A DNA stretch of 64,000 bases from an uncultured candidate division Zixibacteria bacterium (GTDB taxonomy: Bacteria > Zixibacteria > MSB-5A5 > RBG-16-43-9), in the NCBI GenBank assembly GCA_963713865.1, contig OY970208.1:576001-640000 (forward strand). The letters run 5' to 3'. The translations under genes and the position numbers were made by a program. Shown here one piece after another: positions 26,913-39,994 of this stretch; the stretch's first letter is position 1, and the number at the start of each line of letters is the position of its first letter. Under the pieces are notes generated by a model, which was not told the DNA's origin, did not search any database, and saw only the letters and a program-made list of their open reading frames with translations.

Positions 26913-27689
26913 ATGCTTATCTGTATAGATATAGGGAATACCAATACCGTTATAGGGATTTTTATAAAAAACCTTTTGAGGAATTATTACCGGGTCTCTT
27001 CCAATCATTTTTTGACAGTGGATGAGTGCGGGATTTTAATCCGGGAATTAATTGAAGGGACTAAATCCGAGAAGATCGAAGGGGTGGTTATTGCCTCAGT
27101 TGTTCCAGCCCTGACCTCAGTTTACCAGGAGATGAGCCTTAAATATCTTCATTCTGACCCGATAATAGTCTCCTCCAAGCTCCCCTTAGGTATTAAGATC
27201 CTTTATGATGACCCTGAACAGGTAGGTGCAGATAGAATCGCAAATGCAGTGGCCTCATTTGAGCTCTATGGAGGTCCGGTTATAGTGGTTGACTTAGGCA
27301 CAGCCACTACTTTTGACGTGGTTTCCCGCAGGGGAGACTATCTCGGAGGAGCAATTTCCCCTGGAATAGAAACCTCCTCAGCAAACCTTTTTCAAAAAGC
27401 CGCTTTACTATCCAAGGTGGAACTTAAAAAGCCAACAAAAGTTATTGGCACAAATACACGGGATAGTCTCAAGTCCGGGATAATTTTTGGTGCAATAGGT
27501 CAGATAGATGAGATAGTCAGAAGAATGGAAAAAGAGCTTGGAGAAAAACCTAAGGTCATAACAACTGGAGGCTTAGCGGAGTTAATCTCCAAAGATTCTA
27601 ATACTATTCAAATAATAAATCCTACCTTAACCCTTCAAGGACTTAAAATGATTTATGACAGAGTTAAAAAATCTAAAAAAATTAAATAG
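26913..27689 (+). CDS. coaX: Type III pantothenate kinase
   Basis: IDIGNTN, ASVVP, VGADR, VDLGTATTFD, GGAISPG, TTGG; AGGAGG RBS. Confidence 0.95.
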   Translation: MLICIDIGNTNTVIGIFIKNLLRNYYRVSSNHFLTVDECGILIRELIEGTKSEKIEGVVIASVVPALTSVYQEMSLKYLHSDPIIVSSKLPLGIKILYDDPEQVGADRIANAVASFELYGGPVIVVDLGTATTFDVVSRRGDYLGGAISPGIETSSANLFQKAALLSKVELKKPTKVIGTNTRDSLKSGIIFGAIGQIDEIVRRMEKELGEKPKVITTGGLAELISKDSNTIQIINPTLTLQGLKMIYDRVKKSKKIK

Positions 27690-27803
27690 TATTACTCTGC
27701 TAAGTAATTTTAAAGGCTTGACTTACATTAATACTAAAAAAGATGTTAAGTTTAATGTTATTTTTTTTATTTTAATATAGTTTAGAAATTTTTAAATTTT
27801 TAC

Positions 27804-27832
27804 TTGCTTTTTAAAAGTTTATATTATATAAT
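27804..27832 (+). promoter_or_regulatory. Sigma70-type promoter of groESL
   Basis: TTGCTT-N17-TATAAT directly upstream of the CIRCE. Confidence 0.75.
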
Positions 27833-27842
27833 CTCAGAGCAA

Positions 27843-27869
27843 TTAGCAATCTTATAAGGAGAGTGCTAA
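27843..27869. promoter_or_regulatory. CIRCE element (HrcA operator)
   Basis: TTAGCAATC-N9-GAGTGCTAA, one mismatch to TTAGCACTC-N9-GAGTGCTAA, upstream of groES. Confidence 0.92.
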
Positions 27870-27940
27870 AATCTAAAATTGTCAAACAGTATAATTGATT
27901 GATAATTAAACTCTTAAACTAATAGAAAGGAGGATCTATT

Positions 27941-28237
27941 ATGTCCATAGGAAAGATTAAACCCTTGGGAGACAGGGTGCTGATCAAATCCTCAGAGCCA
28001 AATGAAGTAAAGAAGAGCGGGATAATTATCCCGGACACTGCTAAAGAAAAACCCCAGGAGGGGGAAGTAATTGAAGTTGGACCAGGAAGGGTGACTGAGG
28101 AGGGGGAAAGGATTGAAATGGAGGTTAAAAAAGGGGATAAGGTTTTGTACGGAAAATATTCCGGCACAGAAGTAACCATTGATGATGTAGAATACCTGAT
28201 AATGAGAGAAAGCGATATTTTAGCAATAATTGGATAA
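27941..28237 (+). CDS. groES: Co-chaperonin GroES
   Basis: [32 protein letters not shown]. Confidence 0.98.
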   Translation: MSIGKIKPLGDRVLIKSSEPNEVKKSGIIIPDTAKEKPQEGEVIEVGPGRVTEEGERIEMEVKKGDKVLYGKYSGTEVTIDDVEYLIMRESDILAIIG

Positions 28238-28257
28238 TCCGCCCAAAAGCGAGATAA

Positions 28258-29910
<1,653 letters not shown>

Positions 29911-29948
29911 AGAATGAAGGATGACGAATATCGGATGACGGATTAAAT

Positions 29949-30449
29949 GTAGGGGCAGACCTGCGTGTCTGCCCAAATGTAGGGGCGACCTTCTATCCTG
30001 AGCGAAGTCGAAGGACGGGTCGCCCCTAATATTTTCGTAGTGCGACCCTTTTCCTATTGACGGATCCGTAGGACAGGGTCGCTTTTTTATCCCTTCTCTT
30101 TTAGGATAGGGTAGGGTGAGGTTCTAAAGGTAGAGACGCATGGCTATGCGTCTCTACAAATTTAACGTGCCTGCCAGGTCCCCTGACCTAGCAGGTATTT
30201 ATTATCCATAGTGTCCGGGTCATCCCGGACTTTTTATTTTCTCTCCTTTTAGGAGAGGAAAAGGTTGAAAATCCCGCCGCAGGCGTGGGTGAGATCATTT
30301 TGGGAGTGCACTGACCGTCTCAATGAAAGTGCATACAAATGGATGCTACATCCCGCCATCCGGAGGATGTAATCCATAAAAACCCACCTTGTGGGCAAGG
30401 TGGGATAATCGCTATTAGCAATACAGAGACGCATGCAATGCGTCTCTAC
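29949..30449. repeat. Cluster of mixed REP-like palindromes
   Basis: GTAGGGGCAGAC..GTCTGCCC, GTAGGGGCGACC..GGTCGCCCCT, CGTAGTGCGACCC..GGGTCGC, GTAGAGACGCAT..ATGCGTCTCTAC (30130-30157; also 30425, 33394, 54265). Confidence 0.8.
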
Positions 30450-30527
30450 AAAAGATTAAAAATATTTTTGCAACGAGTTATCTTCAGTTTCCGTTATATA
30501 AATATGCACTTGAGAAAAGGAGAAAAG

Positions 30528-33269
30528 ATGCAAAGAGTTTTTAGAAACTGGAAAAGAGGGGTTTTACTTTTTTTGTTACTTTTTTTATTCCCGATTTATC
30601 TATTTGCAGGGGAGGAAGGAAAGGTTACCGACCTGACCCTCAATAACGGTCTGAAAGTCCTTTTAAAAGAGGTTCATGCCTCACCGGTGGTTTCTGTCTG
30701 GTGCTGGTATAAGGTTGGCTCGAAAAATGAAGGTCCCGGTATAACCGGCATCTCCCACTGGGTGGAGCATATGAACTTCAAGGGAACCAAAGAGTTCAGC
30801 AAGGGAGATATATGGAATTTGGTGGAAAGAGCTGGCGGTTTCGAGAATGGATATACCTGGTTAGACCTGACCACTTATTTAGAAACCCTGCCGAAGGATA
30901 AATTGAGCTTGGGGCTGGAAATGGAAAAAGAGAGGATGACCTCCTCCCTTTTTGACTCATCTGAAGTAACCTCTGAAAGGGGAGTGATAATCTCAGAACT
31001 GCAGGGAGGAGAAAACGACCCTGAACAAATCTTAGATGAACAGCTATGGGCACAAGCATTTATTGCTCATCCCTATCATATTCCTACCATTGGCTGGCTC
31101 TCAGATCTGGAGAAGATAACCAGAGATGATTTGTATAATTACTATAAGTCTCATTATATGCCTAACAATGCCACCCTGGTAGTAGTTGGAGATTTTGAAT
31201 CTGAGAAGGTTATACCGCAAATCAAAGAGCTTTTTGAAAATATCCCTCCAGGAAAAAGTCCTGAGCCTTTAAGAACGGTTGAGCCATCCCAGGAAGGGGA
31301 AAAAAGATTTATCCTAAAAGGCGGGGGAGATACCAGATATATGGAGATCGGTTATAAAATTCCTGAGACTTTCAATCACGACTTTTATCCTTTATTGATT
31401 TTAGATGCTATTCTGACCGGAGCAAAAGGTGCAAACACCTGGTCATCTGATTACTGGTCTCAAGCCTCTAAAAGCTCCAGGCTTTACAAGGCTTTAGTGG
31501 ATGAAAATTTAGCCACAAAAGTCAGAGGTGCTCTGATCCCCTTTGCTAATCCAAATCTTTATACTTTTAATCTTACTCTGTCAGAGGATAAGGATTTCAA
31601 AGAGGTTGAGGAAAAAGTATATAAAGAGATCAATAGATTGAAAACTGAGCTTGTCCCTGAACCTGAATTTGATAAAGCCTTTAATCAACTAAAAGCTAAA
31701 CTTTCTTATGAGGATGAGAGTGTTACTGAACAGGCACATCAATTAGGTTATTATGAGACGATTTCTTCATATAAACTCTATTATACTCTTTTGGACAGTC
31801 TAAATCAGGTAAAAAGGGAAGATATAAAAAGAGTGGCTGAAAAATACCTGAATGAAGACCAGAGAACTGTGGGATGGTATATTCCAACAAAAGATGAAAA
31901 GAGTTTTTCTTCCAAAAGCTCTGAGGGCTCTTCTAAATCCTACTATAAGAGCTATTCTTCTGAAAAAATCAATACTCAACCTGAAATAATGGTGGATGTT
32001 CCCGAAACTGCATATCCTTTTCAAGCCAAAAGGGTAGTTTTAAAAAACGGTATGGTGGTCTTGATCAAAGAGAACCATTCAACCTCCTCAGTCAGCCTTA
32101 TATTCAATGTCAAAGCTGGAAGTTTTTTTGATCCGAATAAAAAACATGGTTTAGCCAATTTCACGGCTACGATGTTAGACCGGGGCACGGATAATCTTTC
32201 CAAGGATAAGATTGCCGAAGAGATAGATTTTTCAGGAGCTGAGCTTTATATAAATACTGCTGTCCAGTCAGTAAATATCTCTGCCAGATCCCTTCCCTCT
32301 GACTACAAGAAGATTTTAGCCCTCTTAGGCGATATGCTGATCAATCCCTCGTTTCCTGAAGAGGAGATGGAAAAAGTCAGAAAAGAAATCTTAAGCTCCA
32401 TAGATGAGAATTTGAATAATACCGGTTCTGTTGCAGAAGATAATTTACATAGGCTTCTTTATCCTGAACAAAACCCCTATCACTGGCCCGTTATTGGTGA
32501 AAAAGACCAGGTCCTCTCTTTGACCAGGCAGGATCTGGACAATTTTCATAATCGCTATTATTTTCCAAATAACACTATCCTGGCGATAGTGGGTGATGTC
32601 AATGTTAATGACGTAATGGATTTAATCGATAAGATTTTCGGTGGCTGGACACCCGGTAAAAAGGCTGTATATAAAGCACAAAATCTTTATCCCCCTGAAA
32701 ATCCTGAAGAGAAAAATTTCAATTTAACCAATAAGACCCAGTCAGATATCGTCTTAGGTTATTTAGCCCCGACAAGGGAGGATAAAGATTTTTATTCCTT
32801 CTTAGTAATGAACCATATAATCGGATCGTTTGGCATGGGCGGAAAAATGGGGCAGATAATTCGGGATGAGCAGGGTTTAGCCTATTATGTTTACAGCTAC
32901 TTCCCCGGTTCTTTTACCCAACCACCCTGGCTTTTAAGAGCAGGAGTCAATCCCAAGAATGTTCAAAAGGCAGTAGAAAGCATGAAACAGGAGCTGGATA
33001 AATTAAGGAACGATCTGGTAACCGAGGATGAGCTGCAAAAATCAAAAGATGCAATGATAGGCAGCCTGCCAGTGAGCTTAGAGACTAACTCCGGAATAGC
33101 AAATCAGTTAATCACCCAGGAGTTTTATAACTTAGGTATGGACTATTTAGAAAAATACCCTAAAATCATAAATTCAATCACCCGGGAAGATATAAAAAGA
33201 GTAACCAGAAAATACCTCAAACCCAAATCCTACAAATTAGTCATCTCCGGACCAGAGGAGAAAGAATAA
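30528..33269 (+). CDS. Secreted M16 (pitrilysin/PqqL-like) zinc protease, fused two-half form
   Basis: ATG after AAGGAG; signal peptide; HWVEH inverted zinc motif; second inactive half with IRDEQGLAY. Confidence 0.92.
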   Translation: MQRVFRNWKRGVLLFLLLFLFPIYLFAGEEGKVTDLTLNNGLKVLLKEVHASPVVSVWCWYKVGSKNEGPGITGISHWVEHMNFKGTKEFSKGDIWNLVERAGGFENGYTWLDLTTYLETLPKDKLSLGLEMEKERMTSSLFDSSEVTSERGVIISELQGGENDPEQILDEQLWAQAFIAHPYHIPTIGWLSDLEKITRDDLYNYYKSHYMPNNATLVVVGDFESEKVIPQIKELFENIPPGKSPEPLRTVEPSQEGEKRFILKGGGDTRYMEIGYKIPETFNHDFYPLLILDAILTGAKGANTWSSDYWSQASKSSRLYKALVDENLATKVRGALIPFANPNLYTFNLTLSEDKDFKEVEEKVYKEINRLKTELVPEPEFDKAFNQLKAKLSYEDESVTEQAHQLGYYETISSYKLYYTLLDSLNQVKREDIKRVAEKYLNEDQRTVGWYIPTKDEKSFSSKSSEGSSKSYYKSYSSEKINTQPEIMVDVPETAYPFQAKRVVLKNGMVVLIKENHSTSSVSLIFNVKAGSFFDPNKKHGLANFTATMLDRGTDNLSKDKIAEEIDFSGAELYINTAVQSVNISARSLPSDYKKILALLGDMLINPSFPEEEMEKVRKEILSSIDENLNNTGSVAEDNLHRLLYPEQNPYHWPVIGEKDQVLSLTRQDLDNFHNRYYFPNNTILAIVGDVNVNDVMDLIDKIFGGWTPGKKAVYKAQNLYPPENPEEKNFNLTNKTQSDIVLGYLAPTREDKDFYSFLVMNHIIGSFGMGGKMGQIIRDEQGLAYYVYSYFPGSFTQPPWLLRAGVNPKNVQKAVESMKQELDKLRNDLVTEDELQKSKDAMIGSLPVSLETNSGIANQLITQEFYNLGMDYLEKYPKIINSITREDIKRVTRKYLKPKSYKLVISGPEEKE

Positions 33270-33287
33270 GAATACCCTTATTCTTCT

Positions 33288-33888
33288 GTCATTGCGAGGA
33301 GTCCCCGTAGGGAACGACGAAGCAATCCCTCCAATTATTCGTAGTGCGACCTGCTTGTCCCGCAGTAACCGGGATCAGAGTCGCCTAAAAAACGTAGAGA
33401 CGCATAGCTATGCGTCTCAATTTTTGGAAGTGTATCCTACGGATGATGCACTCCATAAAAATAATAATTGACTAACCCCCAAATTTTATTTTGATTAAAT
33501 CAGAAGAGTTTTAGTTTCGTTTAATTTTTGGCAGGCAAGATGCCTGTCATACCAGAACCGTAGCGTTGCCCCGCCGAAGGCGGGGCAACGAAAGGAAAGA
33601 TTCACAGATGAATAAACAGATTGAGCAGATGTTCTATCTGCTTAATCATAATAATCAGCTGTGAGAAATTAGTTTTCCCTCTCCCCTCGTGGGAGAGGGA
33701 TAGGTTGAAAATCCCGCCAGAGGCGGGGGAGAGTGTAAGATAAAATCACCCTCCCTTTTATTCCCTCCCATTGAGGGAGGGATAATTGAATCTCCTCTCC
33801 CCTTGCGGGAGAGGATTAAGGAGAGGGGAATATGAAAAAATCTTCTGTATTCACCCTCCTTTTTTATTCCCTCCCATCAAGGGAGGGA
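33288..33888. repeat. Cluster of mixed REP-like palindromes
   Basis: GTCATTGCGAGG..GACGAAGCAATC, CCCTCTCCC..GGGAGAGGG, CCCTCCCAT..AGGGAGGG (x2), CCCGCC..GGCGGG. Confidence 0.75.
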
Positions 33889-33937
33889 AAAAGCAATGAT
33901 CACCCTAACATGAGTTAGGACGCTACGTTGAAAAATT

Positions 33938-35317
33938 ATGGACCTTTTTGAGAAGCAAAAAGAAAAAAGAATCGAAGAAACTCCTTTGGCTGACCGGATG
34001 AGGCCCAGGAATTTTGAGGAATTTGTGGGGCAGAGGCACATTCTCTCTGAGGGGAGTGTCTTGAGAAAAGCCATTGAAACAGGTGAGCTTCAATCTTTAA
34101 TTTTCTGGGGACCACCAGGCACCGGTAAAACCACCTTGGCCTTTATCATTGCTAATTATACTGGTGCAGATTTTGTCGCCTTCTCTGCAGTTACTTCAGG
34201 CATTAAAGAGATCAAGGAGATAATCGCGCATGCCACCAGGCAGAAAAAGCTCTACAATAAGAAAACCATACTTTTTATAGACGAAATCCACAGGTTCAAC
34301 AAAGCCCAGCAGGATGCCTTCTTACCCCATGTGGAAAAAGGAAATATAATCTTAATCGGAGCAACCACTGAAAACCCATCCTTTGAAGTAATCTCCGCTT
34401 TACTTTCAAGAACCATAGTATATACTTTAAACCCCTTAACTGAACAGGAACTAAAAGATATTCTAAATCGTGCTTTGCAGGATAAAGAAAATGGTTTGGG
34501 CAACTTAAAAATTAACCTTGATGAAAAAGCTAAGGATTTCATAGTCCAGATGGCAAATGGTGATGCCCGGATAGTTTTATCCACTTTGGAATTTGCAGTT
34601 ATGACCACTTCACCGGATGAAAAAGGAGTAAGAAATATTTCGCTACAGATAGCCCAGGAGGCAATGCAGAAAAAGGCTTTAGTCTATGACAAGGCTGGTG
34701 AAGAACATTATAATATAATCTCAGCCCTGCATAAAAGCCTGAGAGGCTCAGACCCGGATGCAGCTTTATACTGGCTGGGCAGGATGTTGGCTGGCGGAGA
34801 AGACCCCCTTTATATAGCCAGAAGATTGATCAGATTTGCCACTGAGGATATTGGAAATGCAGACCCGCAAGCATTACAGGTAGCTATTGCCTCTAAAGAA
34901 GCATATCATTTCCTGGGAACACCTGAAGGAGAACTTGCCTTAGCTCAGGCAGTGGTCTATTTGGCAACAGCCCCGAAGAGCAATGCCATCTATAAAGCCT
35001 TTGGAAAAGTGCAGAAAGATATTCAGGAAACCCAGGCACTTCCTGTCCCTTTGCATATTCGCAATCCAGTAACCGGGTTGATGAAAGAATTAGGCTATGG
35101 TAAAGATTACAAATATCCACACGATTTCCCCTATCATTTTGTAGATGAGGAGTATCTGCCGGATAACTTAAAGGGAAGAAGGTATTATCTCCCCACAGAT
35201 TTCGGTTTTGAAAAAGAGATAAAAAAGAGAATAGAGTGGTGGAGGAAAAAGAAGGGAGAGCTCAAGAAAGCCAAGAATAAGGATACAAACCAGAAATCAG
35301 GAACACAGAACTCCTGA
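33938..35317 (+). CDS. rarA: Replication-associated recombination protein A (MgsA) AAA+ ATPase
   Basis: PLADRMRP, WGPPGTGKTT, FIDEIHRFNKAQQD, ATTENPSF, SALHKSLRGSD. Confidence 0.96.
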   Translation: MDLFEKQKEKRIEETPLADRMRPRNFEEFVGQRHILSEGSVLRKAIETGELQSLIFWGPPGTGKTTLAFIIANYTGADFVAFSAVTSGIKEIKEIIAHATRQKKLYNKKTILFIDEIHRFNKAQQDAFLPHVEKGNIILIGATTENPSFEVISALLSRTIVYTLNPLTEQELKDILNRALQDKENGLGNLKINLDEKAKDFIVQMANGDARIVLSTLEFAVMTTSPDEKGVRNISLQIAQEAMQKKALVYDKAGEEHYNIISALHKSLRGSDPDAALYWLGRMLAGGEDPLYIARRLIRFATEDIGNADPQALQVAIASKEAYHFLGTPEGELALAQAVVYLATAPKSNAIYKAFGKVQKDIQETQALPVPLHIRNPVTGLMKELGYGKDYKYPHDFPYHFVDEEYLPDNLKGRRYYLPTDFGFEKEIKKRIEWWRKKKGELKKAKNKDTNQKSGTQNS

Positions 35318-35392
35318 CCTACTAAACCTGCCTGCTTTTCTGCAAACTCTTTCTATTCGAAATTTCGGGTTCATCCTTTGAAGGAATTGGAT

Positions 35393-36235
35393 TCATTCCC
35401 CGTTTACCCTGATTCTATTTTTAAACTCAGCCAAGTATTGCTTGAACTCTATACCAAAAATTTTCAGGAAAACTCTTTTATCATCTTTTTCTTTCAAAAG
35501 TGCAGTCAAATATAGTAGAAATCTTTCTTTGCCATATTTCCTGATTATATCATCTACCAAACAAGCAAACTCCGAATAGATAAACATAAACTTGTTTGGC
35601 AGTGGAAAATACTTGACGCTCTTGCTTTGTGGTTTTAACAGCGTTGTGCTCCAGTCATCAGGATTTATGAAATATCCCTCCCTGATTTTGCTGAAAGTCT
35701 GTTCCTTAGAAAGATATTCATCCACCCCCCTCTGATTTGCAACGTATGTCGCGGTTCCCTCTAATAACCAGCCCGGATAGTATTGCGACCGATAAAGAGA
35801 CATGTTCTGAAACAACAATGAATGTGATAACTCATGCTGGAGATAAACAAGCAGGTGAATCTTTCCCCCTTCGTATTCCTTTCTTGCTCTTCCTGATACA
35901 AAGATCCTTCCATATAACGGGAAAGTTACAAAGCGAGCTTTTTGACCTGTATATCTGGTATACTCCTTATCTGAATTCAAGACAAATATCTTCACTTTGG
36001 TTTTAAATTTTAATTGGTGAAAGTCCTCAGCTTCATTCATCAAGCTATCTATCGTGTTAAACCTGGTAATATCTGTCCCTTTATGATAGTAGATTATCGC
36101 TTTACCAAATTCCTTCTTTTCGAAACCTATAATAATTGGTGAAAAAGGAAAGAGTCGCCCATAAAGGAAATTATAAGTCATTGCAGCTAATAATATTAAA
36201 ATAGTAATGAATAGAATCTTCTTTCTAAGCGGCAT
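35393..36235 (-). CDS. Membrane-anchored gluzincin/peptidase MA-like protein
   Basis: N-terminal TM; HELSH followed by PGWLLEGTA. Confidence 0.6.
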   Translation of the reverse strand: MPLRKKILFITILILLAAMTYNFLYGRLFPFSPIIIGFEKKEFGKAIIYYHKGTDITRFNTIDSLMNEAEDFHQLKFKTKVKIFVLNSDKEYTRYTGQKARFVTFPLYGRIFVSGRARKEYEGGKIHLLVYLQHELSHSLLFQNMSLYRSQYYPGWLLEGTATYVANQRGVDEYLSKEQTFSKIREGYFINPDDWSTTLLKPQSKSVKYFPLPNKFMFIYSEFACLVDDIIRKYGKERFLLYLTALLKEKDDKRVFLKIFGIEFKQYLAEFKNRIRVNGE

Positions 36236-36510
36236 TTTTAAAATCGATTCGGGAATTGGAATTCCCGGACCAGAGACATCAACGTGCAGTAAATTCAATT
36301 TCCACGCAAACAAAATAGCTCAATAATACAAGGAAAGCAAAGGAAAATGAAACAACTCGATATTTTTGCGCTGACCGTATCGATTTTTCGACTCTCGGTT
36401 CGTATAATTTTGAAATAGTGCTACGGTGAGGCGAACATATTACCATGTATTCACCCTCCCTTTATCCCTCCCATCGAGGGAGGGAAAAATGGATGGAAAT
36501 AGGTGTAACA

Positions 36511-37788
36511 ATGATCAAAAAAATTTTAATATCTCTCTTTATTTTTTCTTTCATAATAATTCTAATCCCTAAAAATATAGAGGCTCAAAAGCTTTTAATT
36601 CCGATGGACTTATCCCAAACCGACCATCTAAAAGCCTATGGAGTAGCCTACTGGTGCCTGAAGCAGGGGTATAATGTGGAATGGCTCTTAAATTACCGGG
36701 CTGGCTCTTTTATGGCAGACTATAGAGAGGATATTGCTGACCGCTGCAGGCTGCAGGGAGTATCTTTTGAAAAAATAGACCTGTCGGAAGCCGGGGCTAT
36801 TTATAAAGAGATAGAGGAAAATAATATGGATGTGGTCTTATTGGAAAAGGCACCAGCCATAGCAGTATATGTCCCGCCGAATAAAGAGCCCTGGGATGAT
36901 GCAGTCAGGCTGGCTTTGGCTTATGCTGAGATCCCTTATAAAACCTTATGGGATGAGGAGGTCTTGAAAGGGGAGCTGGAAAAATATGACTGGTTGCACT
37001 TACATCATGAGGATTTCACGGGCCAGTATGGGAAATTTTATGGCACTTTCAGAAACGAGCCCTGGTATAAAGAAGAGCAAGCCATCTGCGAGGTTACTGC
37101 AAAGAGATTAGGATTTAAAAAAGTCTCCGAGGAGAAAAAAGCAATTGCCAGAGCCATAAAAGACTATGTTGCGCGCGGAGGGTTCCTCTTTGCAATGTGC
37201 TCTGCTCCGGAGACTATGGATATAGCCTTATGTGCAGAGAATACGGACATCGTACCTCAGCCATTCGATGGTGACCCGCCTGACCCGGATTGCCAGAACA
37301 AGTTAGACTATACCAAGAGCTTCTCCTTTACTAATTTTTCAGTCTCCTTAAACCCTATGGAATACAGACATTCTGACATCGATACCTACCTAGACCGTTT
37401 AATGTGGGGATTAGATGCACAAAATGACTATTTCACTCTATTCGATTTCTCAGCCAAATTAGACCCGGTCCCCTCGATGCTGGTGCAGGACCATGTTAAT
37501 GTTATCCGGGGTTTTATGGGACAGACCACCGCCTTTAGAAAATCCCTTCTGAAAAAATATGTAACTATCTTGGGAGAGGTTGAGGGGGTAGATGAGGTCA
37601 GGTATATCCACGGTAATTTCGGAAGAGGAACCTTTACTTTTCTTGGCGGGCACGACCCGGAGGACTACGAGCACCGGGTAGGTGACCTACCTACAGAATT
37701 AAGCCTGCATAAAAGCTCGCCTGGTTATCGCCTAATCCTGAATAACATCCTCTTCCCCGCTGCCAAAAAGAAAGAAAGGAAAACATGA
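36511..37788 (+). CDS. Secreted conserved protein with glutamine amidotransferase-like domain (family often labelled 'asparagine synthetase B')
   Basis: Signal peptide; HLKAYG, WLLNYR.GSF, PWDDAV, WLHLHHEDFTGQYGKF, FAMCSA, GGHDPEDY, SPGYRLILNN. Confidence 0.7.
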   Translation: MIKKILISLFIFSFIIILIPKNIEAQKLLIPMDLSQTDHLKAYGVAYWCLKQGYNVEWLLNYRAGSFMADYREDIADRCRLQGVSFEKIDLSEAGAIYKEIEENNMDVVLLEKAPAIAVYVPPNKEPWDDAVRLALAYAEIPYKTLWDEEVLKGELEKYDWLHLHHEDFTGQYGKFYGTFRNEPWYKEEQAICEVTAKRLGFKKVSEEKKAIARAIKDYVARGGFLFAMCSAPETMDIALCAENTDIVPQPFDGDPPDPDCQNKLDYTKSFSFTNFSVSLNPMEYRHSDIDTYLDRLMWGLDAQNDYFTLFDFSAKLDPVPSMLVQDHVNVIRGFMGQTTAFRKSLLKKYVTILGEVEGVDEVRYIHGNFGRGTFTFLGGHDPEDYEHRVGDLPTELSLHKSSPGYRLILNNILFPAAKKKERKT

Positions 37789-37950
37789 TCATCCTCCCTT
37801 CATCCCTACCATTAAGGGAAGGAAAGCCAAAAGCGAAGGAGTTACAAGTCTTCTCTCCCATCGTGGGAGAGGGGGAAACATTCAGAAAACACTTGTTAAT
37901 AAGACCGAATTTTAGTAATTTGGTACCCAGTTTTATTTAAGTTGGGACTT

Positions 37951-39571
37951 ATGAATAATGCATTGCTAATTTATCCTGAGTTCTCGCCCTTTGGGTTCTG
38001 GAACTATAAGGAAGTTTGTAAATTAGTCGGTTCCAAATATCCAGCCGCACCGCTCGGAATGATAACTTTGGCAGCCCTTCTACCCAAGGAATGGAACATC
38101 AGGTTAATCGATATGAACATAGCTGAATTGTATGATGCTGATATCGACTGGGCTGATCTGGTATTCATTGGCGGAATGCTGTCCCAGCAAGTTTGTTTTC
38201 TGAAGCTGGTTGACAGGGTTCATGCACGCGGCAAAAAGGTTGTTTCCGGTGGTCCTGATCCAACTTCACAACCGGAGGTTTATAAAGGTTCTGATTATCT
38301 GGTTCTTGGCGAAGCTGAAGATACTATCACACCATTTTTAAATGATCTTCACGCGGGTGCACAAAGTGGGGTCTACTTCCCTTCTGAGAATAAGCCTGAT
38401 CTTATCACCAGTCCTGTTCCGCGTTTCGATTTGCTGTCTTTAGTTGATTATCTGATGATCGGAATCCAGTTTTCCCGTGGCTGTCCATATAACTGTGAGT
38501 TTTGCGATATAATTGAGCTTTACGGCAGGGTGCCACGCACGAAGACACCACAGCAAATCATAAACGAGCTTAATGTACTTTATAACCTCGGGTATAGAGG
38601 TCATATTGATTTTGTGGATGACAATTTCATAGGACATAAAGGAAAGGTAAAGCAGGCTCTCAGGGTACTCAGGGACTGGTCGCAAGCCCATAATTATCCA
38701 TTTTTCTTCTCCACGGAGTCGTCTGTCAACCTTGCAGATGATGAGGACCTTCTTGGATTAATGCGAGACCTCGATTTCAGGTACGTATTCATCGGCATCG
38801 AATCGGTGAACGAGGAGGTACTGCTCTCCAATCAGAAAATGCAGAACCTCAATCGAAAGCTCTATGACGATTTTCATAGAATCTACCATTATGGAATGGT
38901 GGTTAACGGCGGCTATATCGTAGGATTTGATGATGAAACCAGTGAAACGACCAGGCTGATTGCCGACTCTATCGAACAAAATAAGATATGTATGGCTATG
39001 GTAGGTTTACTATACGCACTCCCCGGTACTCAGCTGGCTCGCAGACTGGAACAAGAAAAACGGCTGTTCTGGATATTCAAACCTGCTGGATCCAAACAAC
39101 AAAGATAACGTTGACCAAGCCACCAGTGGACTTAATTTCGCCACACAAAGACCCAGAAAAGAAATAATAAACGATTTTGTTTACATACTAAAAGAAGTAT
39201 ATGATGGAAAGAGATACTTCAATAGATGTCTGAGACTGGGCCTGGTGTTGAAAGTTAGTAGAAAACACCGGTCTTCATTTTCCAGGAAGTTGATCACCAT
39301 ACGTGCTTTATTCCGGCTGATCAAGCAGCTTGGGTTCTCACCGTCGACCGCTTACTATTTTTGGAGAAACATCTTTATCATATTGCTAGTCCGTCCATCC
39401 GCCATAGAAGAAGTAGTCAATCTCATGGCAATGTACATTCATTTTCACAAACAAACGAAATATATCGTTGAGCTGATGACTCGTAGTTCGCAAAATATTA
39501 GCGAATCTGAAATGGCGTCCACTGTCACTGTGACGAGTGATGCTGAAGAGATTCCTGATGGTCATACCTAA
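37951..39571 (+). CDS. B12-binding radical SAM protein with DUF4070-like C-terminus, apparent +1 frameshift at ~39068
   Basis: PLG..TLAA, GGPD, RGCPYNCEFC, VDDNFIG, IGIES; the shifted frame continues DQATSGLNF..RPRKEII into ORF 39245-39571. Confidence 0.85.
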
Positions 39572-39619
39572 CCCTCCCTGCCAAGAGAGGGTAAATCAAG
39601 GATATGGTTCTTCCTTGTC

Positions 39620-39810
39620 AGGTAGTTCTGCAGTTCAGCTTGGTTCACTGCCCTGAGTTCGTCGAAGGGCAGTTCAGCTCAACTCACTGCCCTGTCTTCA
39701 ACCCTGACCTTCAGCTCTAAGCTCAGGTTGAAGAAGGCTCAGACCTGAAGAGAGCTTGTGGCTCGAGCTTACTCATCACCCTGAGCTTGTCGAAGGATCG
39801 AAGGGTGAAC
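39620..39810. repeat. Nested CCTGAGC/GTCGAAGG-type repeats
   Basis: CAGTTCAGCT..TCACTGCCCTG tandem copies; CCTGAGTTCGTCGAAGGG and CCTGAGCTTGTCGAAGG. Confidence 0.6.
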
Positions 39811-39994
39811 ATCCTTATCCTGCAGCTTAAATCCTTGCAAGATCAAAATTAGCAAATAGTTATGCTCTTGCGTATTATAATTAAACTTTTAGATACTGGT
39901 ATGTGTCAAATAAAATAGAACTTTTTGTAGCGATGATGGTATGAAAAAATAAACCTTTTACATTTTTTGAGTTTCTGAACAGAAAGGAAATCTT

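Noticed and set aside
29949-30449. CRISPR array or ncRNA in the repeat clusters
   Set aside because: Repeats are heterogeneous palindromes without constant repeat/spacer periodicity; no cas genes
36511-37788. Genuine asparagine synthetase AsnB
   Set aside because: No N-terminal Cys Ntn domain or SGGLDS motif, and it has a signal peptide
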